Source: Narcine bancroftii (lineage: Eukaryota). From it: 64,000 nucleotides of DNA. Location: positions 21,948,001-22,012,000 of the forward strand of contig NC_091476.1 of the NCBI RefSeq assembly GCF_036971445.1, in the 5' to 3' direction. Of this stretch, positions 12,107 to 23,930 are shown piece after piece. The notes beneath the pieces are model-generated. The model had not been told where the DNA came from. It searched no databases and saw only the letters and a program-made list of their open reading frames with translations. A program made the position numbers and the translations under genes. Position 1 is the first letter of the stretch, and the number at the start of each line of letters is the position of its first letter.

Positions 12107-12226
12107 GGTTAGCAGTCGTATTTGTTATGATGAAGATGTTGAGCCAGAAGATCTGGAAACCGAGGGAGAAAGGCAGTTACAAAACCTGTTGAAGCACCAG
12201 CTTGACACAACAGTGTCACTTGAAGA
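12107..12226 (+). CDS. RBM41: RBM41 coding exon 2
   Basis: TTTAG|...|GTAAGT; encodes VSSRICYDEDVEPEDLETEGERQLQNLLKHQLDTTVSLEE (human LETEGERQLKSLLQHQLDTSVSIEE). Confidence 0.93.
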
Positions 12227-13539
12227 GTAAGTACATTAGAATGTAACAAAAAAAATCTTCTGTTTGAATGAGTAACATATTCATGATTTTGTTAATCTTT
12301 TCTGAAAAGTAGCTGCCAGAATTGAACACAATACTCCAATTGTGGTTGAACCAAATGTTTATAAAAGTTCATAATTTCTTCTTTGCTATTTTACTCCATG
12401 ATTAATAAAGCCAGAATTCCAGATACTTTATTTCCAGATACTTGTTCCCAAATTGCTTTGCTGTTGTATTACTTCTGGAATTGTACCCTTTCATTTATAT
12501 TGCCTCATTTCAACCTTCCTACCAAATGATAACAATTTGCATTTTTCACAATTAAATTTGATCTCCTATCAGCTATCTAACCCACTACCTGGGTATATCT
12601 TGAAGTCAGTTACTTTATTCATTATGTCATCAAGATTGATATAATTTACAGATTTAGCACTTGTTCCTGATACACCCAGGTGCTAATCTTCAATATACTT
12701 CATTAAAAGAGCATCCCAACACAAAAAGCCAGGGAACTCCATAGAATACTTTCTCCTGACTACAAAACAAGACTCCATTTTAAATTCTGTATCTTGTGTT
12801 AATTAATTAACTTATCTGCCACACGGACTTCAGTGTGTTACTTAGATTTTTCATTATCCAATGTCTTTTTAAAGTCTAACACTGAGGCAAACAAAAGAAT
12901 TTCAGTAATGTCAACTTTTGCTGAGATTCTAGCAATATCTTCCATGGTACCTCAGATTTGCTATTTGTTGATTTCCTTTCTGATTTCTGATCGGGCCATC
13001 TCTCATCTTGCAATTTTTTTTTCTATCTACATGCCTATAGTATATTACTGATTCGCATTTTATATTTGCTGCCAATAAATCTCTCATTACCTTATTTATT
13101 TCTCTTCAGAATTTATCCTCATTCTTATTGCTTACGTTAACCAACTTGTATCTATTCTTATCTTTTTTGTCATCTCCATTACTGTGGCTCTACTCTCATG
13201 AGGGTACAGCACAAGATGAAATAACTTAATTTTTAAAGGCATCTGTTCAATTACATTTTTTTTTCTTCCAGGCTTTGATTTGTTTAAAGTCTTGTATTCA
13301 TTTATGGATTGTGAAAATCACTGGCAAAGCCAGTATTTATTGCCATCCCTAATGACTTTGTGAATCAAGAGTCTTGCTAGGTCATTTCAAAAGACGACCA
13401 AAACTCAACCTCATTAGTGAATATGAAGTCACGTAAAGCCAGACTTTCATGGACAGAAAATGTTTTTCCCTAACAGATGTTAGTGAAATAATAATGCAGA
13501 GTTCACGGTCACCATTATTGACACTTTTTTTATTCCAGA

Positions 13540-13827
13540 TGTTGCGGCAGCTACACTGCTAACTGAAATAACACACAACCAGACGGGTTGAGCTCAGTGA
13601 GCAGAACTGATTTATTGCAGGCTGCCTGGCTGGCCTTATACTCCCAGCCCGGACCTGGCTGAGAACCGCACTGGGGGCGTTGACGTCACGTGGGTCCCCA
13701 AGCGCGGGCTTCTGACCCCAGTGCGGAGGTCGAAGGGGAAACCCCCGACGGCACCATTTTGGCTGGCTGCCCCGCCACGTGTGTAACAAGCGGGGCCGGT
13801 TTGCCTGCCTAACGGCATGCCGCCACA
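13540..13827. mobile_element. Probable solo LTR (Gypsy-type)
   Basis: GC/CpG-rich island with TGT...ACA termini, a minus-strand AATAAA, and imperfect 4-bp flanks CAGA/CAAA. Confidence 0.6.
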
Positions 13828-13844
13828 CAAATTTATTTAAATGG

Positions 13845-14055
13845 TTAGCTTAGTGATTAGCTCAACAATATTACAGCCCCTGGATTTGAATAGCTCCTGT
13901 GAGGAGTTTGTACTTTCTCTGCATTAGATTTTCTCTAGATGTACTGGTTGTCTCCCACTTTGCAAAAAAAAATATACGGGATTTTAATGTAATTGATGTA
14001 CTTGGACAGCACATGCTCTTGGGCTGGAAGGGCCTGTTACCATGGTGAATCTAAT
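13845..14055 (+). mobile_element. tRNA-derived V-SINE (HE1-like), degraded
   Basis: GAGGAGTTTGTAC...CTC core and GAAGGGCCTGTTAC tail, shared with the other copies. Confidence 0.6.
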
Positions 14056-14371
14056 TTTTTTTAAAAATTGGATTTCAATGCCTTTGCAGCTGTAGTTGTA
14101 TTTGAAATGTTTCAGGAAAAAGGATTATCTCAAAAATTTACCCACTCTACTATTCTTACCCTGTCATTCATAACTTTCTGACTGCTCCTTTTCTCCTGTA
14201 CCCAAATTCTTTAAAAAATATACAATTCTGAATGGGATTCTATGATTATTTGAAATTTATTCATCAAACATATAAATGAGTTTCACGTTAGACTGGACAA
14301 CAAAATTTTTCAAAGGGTTTGCTTTCTGAAAAAAATAATTGGAGATTATGATAGCTTCAAGCGAAAAACAA

Positions 14372-14592
14372 AGGGCAACACGGTTGGCATAATGGTTAGC
14401 ACATCTTTACAGCATCAGGAATTGGGATTGCTGTCTTTAAGGAGTTTATTTGTTCTCCCCGTGACTGGTTTCCCCCCCCCCCTCCCGGGGGCTCCAGTTT
14501 CCTCCCACTGTTCAAAACATTCCAGGGTGTAAATTGGGTGGCACAGACTTGTGGGCCAAAATGGCCTGTTACTGTGCTAAATGTCTAAATTA
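14372..14592 (+). mobile_element. tRNA-derived V-SINE (HE1-like)
   Basis: GGCAACACGGTTGGCATAATGGTTAGC head, GGAGTTT...GTTCTCCCCGTG core, GGCCTGTTACTGTGCT tail. Confidence 0.7.
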
Positions 14593-14594
14593 AA

Positions 14595-15400
14595 ATAATT
14601 TCAGATTTGCTGCATCACATAGGAAGTTGGAGAAACATTAAATTAACTTTTTTTGAATTTAGCATGTTTAATTGCATAATGATGCTGACATTGCGTTTGT
14701 TCACTGACCTAAAAATGTTTTGTTGCTCATTTTTGTTCGTTCTCAGCATTTGATGCCTCTCATATCAACATGTAACAATAGTCAAGAGTTTCGAAAACTC
14801 TTGAACCTTTTAATTTAGAGGGCTTTTGTATGCGTGCATGTATGCATAAGCACCACAGATTCACAGCAACAACCATACATAGCACGCATATTTACAAACC
14901 CATAATAGTGGATCCTCAAGTGGATAAACTTCATGGTTTGAAAAGAAAGAAGAACACTTTGAAAGTGAGTGACAAACTTGAAATAATTAAGAAACTAGAA
15001 TGTGGTGTAAGGAATACATCAATATGTGATTAAACAAGCCATAGGGAAACATACGACATCAGAGAGTCTACAATTTACAAAATGAAAAAGGCTACTGCAG
15101 AAAAGTCCATAGAAATTAAATTTGTGGAACAGAACCATAGCTTAAGTATTCAAGACATCATATAGAACCGTGCAGAATAATCTCATCACAAAGAAATTTT
15201 AAAGTTGTCAACAAGGTAATATACAAAAGTATTTAAAGAAAGCAAAAAAAAAGTATCAGGCAGTGCAGCAGATGCAATAGAAGCTGCAAATTTTCCATTC
15301 ACGAGCAGAGCAGCTTGAATTTTAAAAGTACTGCCCAAGAATCTGAAAATCTGGACCGACCCAATCACCAAACAGTCCAAATTTTCAGACTTCTGCTGTA
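14595..15400 (+). mobile_element. Tigger/pogo DNA transposon remnant
   Basis: KRKKNTLKVSDKLEIIKKLECGV...YDIRESTIYKMKK resembles a psq/CENP-B N-terminal HTH; ends in ...CTG followed by TA. The left part (14595-14790) is shared with 31225-31720 and 53700-54222. Confidence 0.65.
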
Positions 15401-15481
15401 TGCTCTTTTTTTAAAACCTCCTTCTTTATTGCTGATCTGCTACTGCTTTTATTTATTAACTTAAGTTTCCCTTTATCATAG

Positions 15482-15674
15482 ATGTATAGCTAAGAAGAAA
15501 TGCTTTACTCCAAGTGCTTTATACAAGCCTTTTGGGGAGCAAGCAGCAGGTGTGTTGAGCCTGTCACAATTCCAGACTCTACAGGATGGAGATGGGGAGA
15601 TTGCTGCATTAAGAGACCTTGGACTTACTGACAGAGAAATCCAACTTTGGCAAGAAAGGGAATCTCTAGTTAAG
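15482..15674 (+). CDS. RBM41: RBM41 coding exon 3
   Basis: CATAG|...AAG|GTGAGG; encodes CIAKKKCFTPSALYKPFGEQAAGVLSLSQFQTLQDGDGEIAALRDLGLTDREIQLW. Confidence 0.95.
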
Positions 15675-16023
15675 GTGAGGTGTGTTTGTAGTGTTTGGCA
15701 AAACACATGCAGGTTTAAATTAAAACTTGCATTTTTAGCATCCAAGCAGGCTCTTGCAGATTATTACCCACATTAAAAGATTGCTTTTGTTAAAATAATA
15801 TATTTTATGTCAATATGCTCTGCATACCTGTAGGTACATTTTTATTTAGAAAAATCACATGTATCATGACCTTACAAGATGTGGAAAATCTATCATGATG
15901 TACTTAAGAGTAATAGCTTTTAACCAAAATATAAGATATTATTCAAAGTGAAATCTGACCATCAGTGATTGAAGGATTAATAATGTATAATTGTTCTTTA
16001 AAAGCTTTTCTGTTTGTTTACAG

Positions 16024-16228
16024 TTCTCAGGGCTTGGAGCAGATCCTGCAGCTGTGCAGCAGAGACTTCATGCCATTGGAGAAAAGATTGCGGAGCGCCA
16101 GCGACTTCTGTCATTGCCACAGAGATTTGCAGGAAGTAAACAGTTGAACAGAAGAGAGATGGAGATTGAAAAAGCCATGTTCCAAGGAACTGACCGACAC
16201 ACTTTTCTGAAAGCACTATACTACCAAG
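16024..16228 (+). CDS. RBM41: RBM41 coding exon 4
   Basis: TACAG|...G|GTATAG; encodes EKIAERQRLLSLPQRFAGSKQLNRREMEIEKAMFQGTDRHTFLKALYYQ. Confidence 0.95.
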
Positions 16229-17489
16229 GTATAGATTTTGATCATTAAATAAGTTTAGAATTTACCTTCTCTTCATTTTACACAATCATTCCCTAGGCAA
16301 GAGAAAGGAAACAACCTGTTCCCAAGTTTGTTTAGGGAGTTAAGTAAGAATAGGTTGGTGTAAAATGCCTTTGATTCTCTTTTTTTCTTTAAAAAAAAGG
16401 AAATAATTGGCTTGTTTGCTAACTCAGGGTTTGCTATTCTGTAGAGCAGGGCACAGGAGCTGTAGAACCTTAAAGACCTGGTGTATTCATCTTTAATTTC
16501 CGAAAGAACTCAAGCCCCCCCTGCTTCAGTTCAGAGGTCAGAAAGCTGTGTGTCATTTAATGTTGTTCTTTGTAGCCAGTTTTGTGGTCAAAAATATTTG
16601 ATGTTCTTGTTCTATTTTAATACTTGCAGACCTGTTCTGTGAATTTATATGTTTCTATGATGATTCTGATTTGTAATACTTATTGTTCTGTACCCTTCCA
16701 GAATATTTGTGACAAATAAATGGCAAATTCCCAGAGTAGTGGACACAGAAAATGGTACTGTATGACATTGTGCCAGTCATCGTCTGAGTGCTGACGGTTA
16801 ATTATGTTTTTTTTTGTAAGTTTCTTTCTCTCCCAGTTTTAGTTCCTGAAACTCCTCAACGTCGCGCACCTTCCCCAACTGTAAGCATGGCTTGGAGTAC
16901 TACTTCCAGAGCTCTGCCAAAGTTACTACAAAGGACAAGTGCACGTTTTTGGTTTCCAGTTGCAAACAGCCGCTTTGAGATTTGAAGTCCACCATGGGGA
17001 AAGTTGGGAATAAACAGCCTTTGAGCCATACTATACTATGCTCATCGTGTAGCATGGTATAGCACCAAAGCTGTTGGTTGTTTGTTTTTAATGCCCATAG
17101 TGCAAGCTGCCTATCTGAGTTTGAACATCTAGAAGATGTGAGCAGAAGTAAGGCACTTTAGCTGTGAGAGGGAAAGCAAATTGAGTAACAAGCAAGTCTC
17201 GCAGCTGTTTATTCTGGAATGGCTTGGGTAGACACCTTGGAATAGGCTGACAGTCCTGTCCTCATGATTAGGGAATGATGCGTGGCGTAGAGGATCTAAT
17301 TAAATGAATAAAAATGGCTTGCAACGTGGTATTCAAGAAACTGCCAAGTTGGCTTTCTGTAAATGGGGCAGATGGTGCTATTTTCTGTCAGTTTCCTCAG
17401 GCATAATTATTTTCTTCCCTTGCCATTAAATTGCTGTGCTATCTAAAAGAATTCTATTCTCTGTCAATTCCATGTCCACAATTGTATAA

Positions 17490-18390
17490 TGTAAAAACAC
17501 AATGCTGGAGAAATCAATAAGAATAAATATAATACTTTATATAGCAAAGATAAAGAAGCATAACCAATGTTTTGGCTTCATCAAGTGTAGGCAGGTGCCT
17601 GAATAAAATTTTGGGGGGGGGGGGGTGGGGAAAAGGCAGGAAGGAAGAGTACAGGCCTACAAGCAAGAAATAAAGGCAAATTAGGGAGGGAGAGCACAAG
17701 AAATCAAGGGTGGGAGGGGGGGATGGAGAAGGAAGGGGGTGGCAGCTGGAAGAAAAGAAGCAGAGGAATAGGGAGAACAAAGATTGGTCTCACAGAAACC
17801 GGAGACATGGATGTTAATGCCATTTGGTTTGAGAGTGCCCAGACAGAATATTAGATGTTGCTACTCCAATTTACCAGTGGCCCTGATTTCACAGTGCATG
17901 AGTCCATTGAACTGGAGTGCAGAATTAAAATGTTTGCTCAGTGGGAGATCCCGGTCATTGATGCAGACTGAGTGAAGGTGCTCAGCAAAGCGATATCTCA
18001 GTCTGTGTCCAGTTTCTCCGATTATAGAGAAGACCACACACATCAGGAGCACTGCTGAATGTGGTAGATGACTCCCACAGATTCACAAGTGAAGTGTTGC
18101 TTTACTTGGAAGGACTGTTTGGGATCTCAAATGGTACAGGTGTAAGCACAAATGTGGCACATCCTGCAGTCACCGGGGAAGATATCAAGGGCATGGGAAG
18201 GGATGAGTGGATGAAGGAGTCATGGAGGGAGTAGTCCCTATGGAAGGCAGAGAGGGGATGTGTCTGGTGGTGGGATCATGTAGGTAATTTATATTTTGCT
18301 AAATAAAGAACACTGTTTGACCTGCTGAGTTTCTCCAGCATTCTGTTTTTACTTCATTCACTGCATCTGCAGACTTTTTTGTGTATTTCA
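17490..18390 (-). mobile_element. Penelope-like element fragment (GIY-YIG endonuclease) with inverted terminal pseudo-LTR pieces
   Basis: IGETGHRLRYRFAEHLHSVCINDRDLPLSKHFNS. AAAACACAATGCTGGAGAAA at ~17493 and its reverse complement at ~18330. Confidence 0.75.
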
Positions 18391-19313
18391 TACCTTTATA
18401 TGATCATTAGTTCAACATCTGGTTGTGGAGTCAATTTGTCAGAGGAAAAATTAAATGGATAAGAAAAGACTGTACTTTGTGTGCAAGAGAAAGTTTGTGG
18501 TTTTGAGAAGACTATTTATTTTGTGTGTGGCTTATCCAACCTACTATCCAATGTAATTAAATTCCCAAAGTTTTTAAAATGATATCCATCATGGATTTTT
18601 CTAAACATTTATCACTCTTTTGAACATCTATTTGATTTGCTTATTTAATTCTAGTGAAACTTGTTCACACTGGTGTTGAAAATGAGGGAAAAACAATTCA
18701 TAAATATTTGCCACTGTTCGATGTAATTTTTATTAATTTTAATGCATCATTGTGCAGTTATGAATTCTTCAGTTATTATGTCCTTATTTACATTGTATTA
18801 ATTTCAATTGCATACAGTACAGCATTCAGATTAACCAACATTTAAACAAATGTGTTGTGGAGCAAGGATTTGATGACCATTTTCCCTTGTTTTAATAGAA
18901 TTTCTGTTGAGAGTCTGAACCAATACATGGCACCAATTTTTGTTTATTCATTTAAGGGATGTAGGCTTTGCAGGCGGAGCCAGCATTTAATTGCCCTAGA
19001 GAAGCTAGTGATGAGTTGCCTTCTTGATCTGCTGCAGACCAAGCAGTTAATTTTTCTGGTGTAATTTGTGACATTTGAATGGAACAAGAATCATCCTTTG
19101 GCTAGTGCTGTATGCCACTGTGATATTCAGACATTGGGAGGAGGGGTGTAAATCCTATATCCATCATCTCAGTTCTAGAGTGTACATGGGTCAAATAGAA
19201 AGGATAGAGTTGAAGGGAGTAGGCACTGATTTAAGTGAGCACTTCAAAATGCCAATTTTGTTTTTCCTGTTGTCATGCTGTGTGTAAGTATGTTTGTATT
19301 GTTTCCACTTTAG

Positions 19314-19732
19314 ATGAAAAATACATTAAAGATCAGAGTGATCCAATCAACCAATTGGAAATGATGTTATTAAAGTTCAAAAATGATCATGTTGGAATGG
19401 AAGAAAATCCAAAAAACAGGCCAGGGTCTTCCTCAGAAATATCTTCCACAGCAACAAGTGAAGGAGTTGGTTTTGGAGAAATGACTGGCCTGCTTATTCC
19501 ACCACAAAGTGAGATCAGTGTTGTTGACCACTATGAAAACCAGAACACCAAAAAACTTTCTGTTAATTTGCCTATCAGAACCCTACCCAGCACTGGTTAC
19601 CAATGTCCTCAAAAAATTACCCAGCAAGTGGAAGCGGTTTCAATAGAAGAGATCCAAAGGAACAAACTTTCTGAAGAGGAAATCAGAATGATTCCCAGAT
19701 TTTCAAACTATAATCCTGGACAGCCGAGCAGG
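19314..19732 (+). CDS. RBM41: RBM41 coding exon 5
   Basis: TTTAG|...AGG|GTATGA; encodes DEKYIKDQSDPINQLE...EEIQRNKLSEEEIRMIPRFSNYNPGQPSR. Confidence 0.93.
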
Positions 19733-20149
19733 GTATGATATTTGTAATTTGCTGGAATGACATCCTTGATGATTTTGTTTGAGGGAAAATTGTTCATGTC
19801 AAGAAGTCTTTGATGAAGTGAACTTCCCAAGCAAGAGTCATGATTTTCTATTATTACTGAGAACGATCTTGAACCACCTTTATGTTCAATTACTAAAAAC
19901 TAAAATGGTCTGGAATTGAACCTTTTTTTAATGTTATTAAGGATCCTTTCTCCTGAACCTTTATTTTGAGGTTGTGTCCTTACATTCTAGACCAGCCATT
20001 CACAACCTTTTTTTGGCTATTACCTTGGGACTCTCCTCAAAATTCATGGATTCCGTTCCCTTCCCTGTGAAGCAGTGAAGTTTAGTTGGTTCTGTACTTC
20101 ACTCCTAAGAACTAAAAATATTTTTAAAGTACTCAACCCTTCTAGCTTT

Positions 20150-22420
20150 ACAAACCAATTCATCCATGTGCCTGTCTAACAGGCTCTTAAATGTCCCAAT
20201 GTTTCAGCCTCCACCATCATCCCTGCCAAGGCATTCCAGGCACCCATAACTCTCTGTATAAAAAAAACTTTTCTCTAATGTCTCCCCGAAACTTCCCTTC
20301 CTTCACTTTGTACACGTCCTTTAGTGTTTGTTATTCTTGTTCTGGGAAAAGGCACTGGCTGTCTACCTTGTCTATGCAGCCCCTTTCACACTGCCAAACC
20401 TCCAAGGAAGTAGGTAAACTTACTGAGCATGCTCTACTCAGTAAGCCATTCACACTGGACCATGATTTACTTCGTTCATTTGGATCTCTTGGATCCAAGG
20501 AGGACCACCACCTCCAGTGGTAATGTCACGAGTGATGTATTACATACTAACATGGCAACAAAATCATAGTGGGAATAAAGCACACAAGTGCTCAATGTAT
20601 AAAAGAATATCTACCACATTGGGCTTCAGACTGTTCAAACTTAGGATAAACCCACAGACCAGCTTGTCATTATTCCCTAAACAATAGAGTATAACAACTA
20701 TTTCCATAGCATTATATTGTATTAGGTATTACAAGTAATTTTGAGATGATTTAAAGCACAGGTACATGCTGACAGCTCCTGTAAAATATTACTGTGCAGT
20801 TATATTTCACAGAGCAGCCAATGGAGCTGTCAGCGCGTACCTGTGCTTTAAATCATCTCAAGATTACTTATAATACTATCAGACTGACACACACATGCAC
20901 TAACGTTACTAATGGTACCCGGTAGAGCTGGTTGAACATTCATGCCACCTCAAAATGATTAACAAGTTAACTCAGCCCCCCACCAAGAGTCAGAGCCCGG
21001 TTTATTTTTACTCACCTTGCCCAGTTGGGACCTTTCACACCGCCAGATTATTCACTACAGACCCACTAAATTGGTTGGTTCAACCCACTTGGCAGTGTGA
21101 AAGGAACTAATAGCTTATAGACCTCTATTAAGCTTCCTCTCATCTTCTTCGCTCCAGAGGGAAAAATCCAGACTCCACTAACCTTGCCTCATAAGACATT
21201 TTCCGATCCAGGCAACATCTGGGAAATCTTCTCTGCACCTTTATCCATAGCTTTCACATCCTTTGCATAATGAGTCAACCAGATCTGAACACAATACTCC
21301 CAAGTACGGTCTCATCAGAGATTTGTAGAGTTGCAACATGACCTTTCGTCTTGAACTCATTCCTCCTGTTAATGAAACCCAACATCTCATAGGCCTTCTT
21401 AACTATCCTATCAACCTGTGCAGCGACCTTGAGAGATATGGATTTGGACCCCAAGGTCTCTCTATTCATCCACACTCTTAAAGTAACTATTAACCTTGTA
21501 CTCAGCCTTCTAGTTTGGCCTTCCAAAATGCATCACCTCACACTTATCCAGATTGAACTCTATCTGCACTTTTCTGCCGAACTCTGCATCCTGTCTATAT
21601 TCTTTTGTAACCTACGACAACCTTCAGCACCATCCACAACTCCTCCAACCTTAGTATCATCTGCAAATTATTTATCCATTCTTCTGCTGCTTCATCTAGG
21701 TCATATATAAAAATCACAAAGAGCAGGGGCCCCAGAACAAATCCATGTAGAACTCCGCTAGTCACTGACCTCCAAGCAGAATACTTTCCGCCCACTACTA
21801 TTCTCTGCTTTCTACACGCGCCAATTTTTTTAAAAAACCACACAGCCAAGGTTCTATGGATCACATGCCTCATGACTTTCTGAACAAGTCTCTCATTGGG
21901 AACCTTGTCAAATGCCTTACTAAAATCCATATAGACCATGTCTACTGCCCTACCCTCATCAATTTCTTTCGTTACCGCCTCAAAGAAACTCAATTCGGCT
22001 CGTGAGGTTCGACCATCCCGTCACAAAGCCATGCTGACTATCCTTGAGTAGACTGTGCTTTTGCAAATGCTCATAGATCCTCTCCCTCCAATAGTTTGTA
22101 CACCACTGATGGAAGACACGCTGGTCTATAATTCCTAGGATTCTCCCTATTACCTTTTTTTGAAATAAACAGGGTGACCACATTTCCCATTCTCCCATCC
22201 TCCAGCACTTTCCCGATAGCCAAAGAAGACTCGAAGGTCATAGTCACTGCCCCAGCTACCTCTTCCCACACCAACCTGGGGTATATCATGGGTGGCCTCA
22301 GGGTCTTACCAATCTTCCTTAATCTCCACATCCTCAGCACATAAGACTGTCCTATTCCAACCTCACCCTCATCAAGGTCCTTTTCTCTTGTGAACACTGA
22401 GCTAAAGTATTCATTTATAA
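20150..22420 (-). mobile_element. CR1-clade LINE (RT to 3' end), interrupted by a MITE
   Basis: [58 protein letters not shown]. Confidence 0.85.
20378..21108. mobile_element. Non-autonomous DNA transposon (Harbinger-like TIRs) carrying an internal MER2/Tigger-like palindrome
   Basis: Perfect 16-bp inverted repeat CCTTTCACACTGCCAA (20382-20397) / TTGGCAGTGTGAAAGG (21089-21104); the CR1 sequence resumes on both sides. Confidence 0.7.
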
Positions 22421-22644
22421 CCCCCCCCCCCACCCCCCCCAACCAACCTTCTCCACACAGTCCCATCACTACTGAGATTATCATATGATTTGACATGAAT
22501 GAGCAATTTGATTAGGACAGAAAATTCTATTTTTGTGGTCAGGATGATGTGTTTACTTAGCTTATAAATGTAATCCATATTGCACTGTTGTACAATTCAA
22601 ATTTGCCATTAACCACCACTTTTTTCCCCTTTTTTTCTCCTTAG

Positions 22645-22792
22645 GTTCTGTACTTGAAAAATCTGAATCCAAAAGCAACATTGGAAGATTTGTTTTCCTT
22701 ATTTATTTCTTTCCAACAAAAGGATGGCCCTCAGCTACTTTTCCGATTACTGACAGGTCGAATGAAGGGACAAGCATTCATCACCTTCCCAA
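22645..22792 (+). CDS. RBM41: RBM41 coding exon 6 (RRM)
   Basis: Strong polypyrimidine tract TTAG|, donor A|GTATGT; encodes VLYLKNLNPKATLEDLFSLF...FRLLTGRMKGQAFITFP, the RNP2/RNP1 motifs of the 65K-type RRM. Confidence 0.96.
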
Positions 22793-23167
22793 GTATGTGT
22801 GACTATATACTAAGTGAGCAAATCTTTTAAAAGGTTATCACAGTGGTGCATTTTTCATCAAATTTCAGAGTAAATTTTAATGGATTATAACAAGGATTTT
22901 AAAAAAGGTTGTATTAAAATCATGACTGGTAGATCTTACTCCTAATGAAAAACCGAATCTCTCCTACTCAGGGAAAAAAGATTAAGCTGCTTTAGTGTAC
23001 ATGCATAACTGATAACAATGTCACTGCCATTTACAGATGGCATTTTTTTTGTAATGAATTTATCACTAGAGAATGCCAAGATATTTTCTAAATTTCATAC
23101 ACAATAGGAAATACTTGTAAATTTTTTCTGGTCGTGGGGGGAGGTGGGGGAGGGGGGTAGAGAATTT

Positions 23168-23394
23168 GGGGCAGCATGGTTAGTGCAACACTATTATAGC
23201 ACCAGTGTTGGGACCGGGGGTTCAAATCCTGTTCTGTCTGTAAGGAATTTGTACGTTCTCCCCATGACTCTGGGTTTCTTCTGGGTGCTCCGGTTTCCTC
23301 CCACTATTTGAAATGTACCAGGGTTGTGGGTCACTTGGCTGTAATTAGATGGCATGGGCTTATGGGCTGAAATGGCCTGTTATCAATGCTGTAT
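23168..23394 (+). mobile_element. V-SINE (HE1-like), directly abutting an RTE 3' fragment
   Basis: GGGGCAGCATGGTTAG head, GGTTCAAATCC B-box, TTTGTACGTTCTCCCC core. Confidence 0.75.
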
Positions 23395-23930
23395 ATCCTC
23401 AACATCCATTGGAGCGCTTTCATCCCTAATGTCGAAGTACTCGAGATGGCAGAGGTCGACAGCATCGAGTCCACGCTGCTGAAGATCCAGCTGCGCTGGG
23501 TGGGTCACGTCTCCAGAATGGAGGACCATCGCCTTCCCAAGATCGTGTTATATGGCGAGCTCTCCACTGGCCACCGTGACAGAGGTGCACCAAAGAAAAG
23601 GTACAAGGACTACCTAAAGAAATCTCTTGGTGCCTGCCACATTGACCACCGCCAGTGGGCTGATATCGCCTCAAACCGTGCATCTTGGCGCCTCACAGTT
23701 TGGCGGGCAGCAACCTCCTTTGAAGAAGACCGCAGAGCCCACCTCACTGACAAAAGGCAAAGGAGGAAAAACCCAACACCCAACCCCAACCAACCAATTT
23801 TCCCCTGCAGCCGCTGCAACCGTGTCTGCCTGTCCCGCATCGGACTTGTCAGCCACAAACGAGCCTGCAGCTGACGTGGACTTTTACCCCCTCCATAAAT
23901 CTTCGTCCGCGAAGCCAAGCCAAAGAAAGA
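23395..23930 (+). mobile_element. RTE-clade LINE 3' fragment (young, open frame)
   Basis: ILNIHWSAFIPNVEVLEMAEVDSIESTLLKIQLRWVGHVSRMEDHRLPKIVLYGELSTGHRDRGAPKKRYKD...; ends in a GAAA-type tail. Confidence 0.9.

Noticed and set aside
16031-16228. Alternative acceptor CTCAG|GGC for RBM41 exon 4
   Set aside because: Out of frame with exon 3; the AG at 16022-16023 preserves the homologous frame.
17013-17210. Possible H/ACA snoRNA (hairpins with internal loops)
   Set aside because: I could not find a properly placed ANANNA hinge or terminal ACA box; kept only as a generic structured element.
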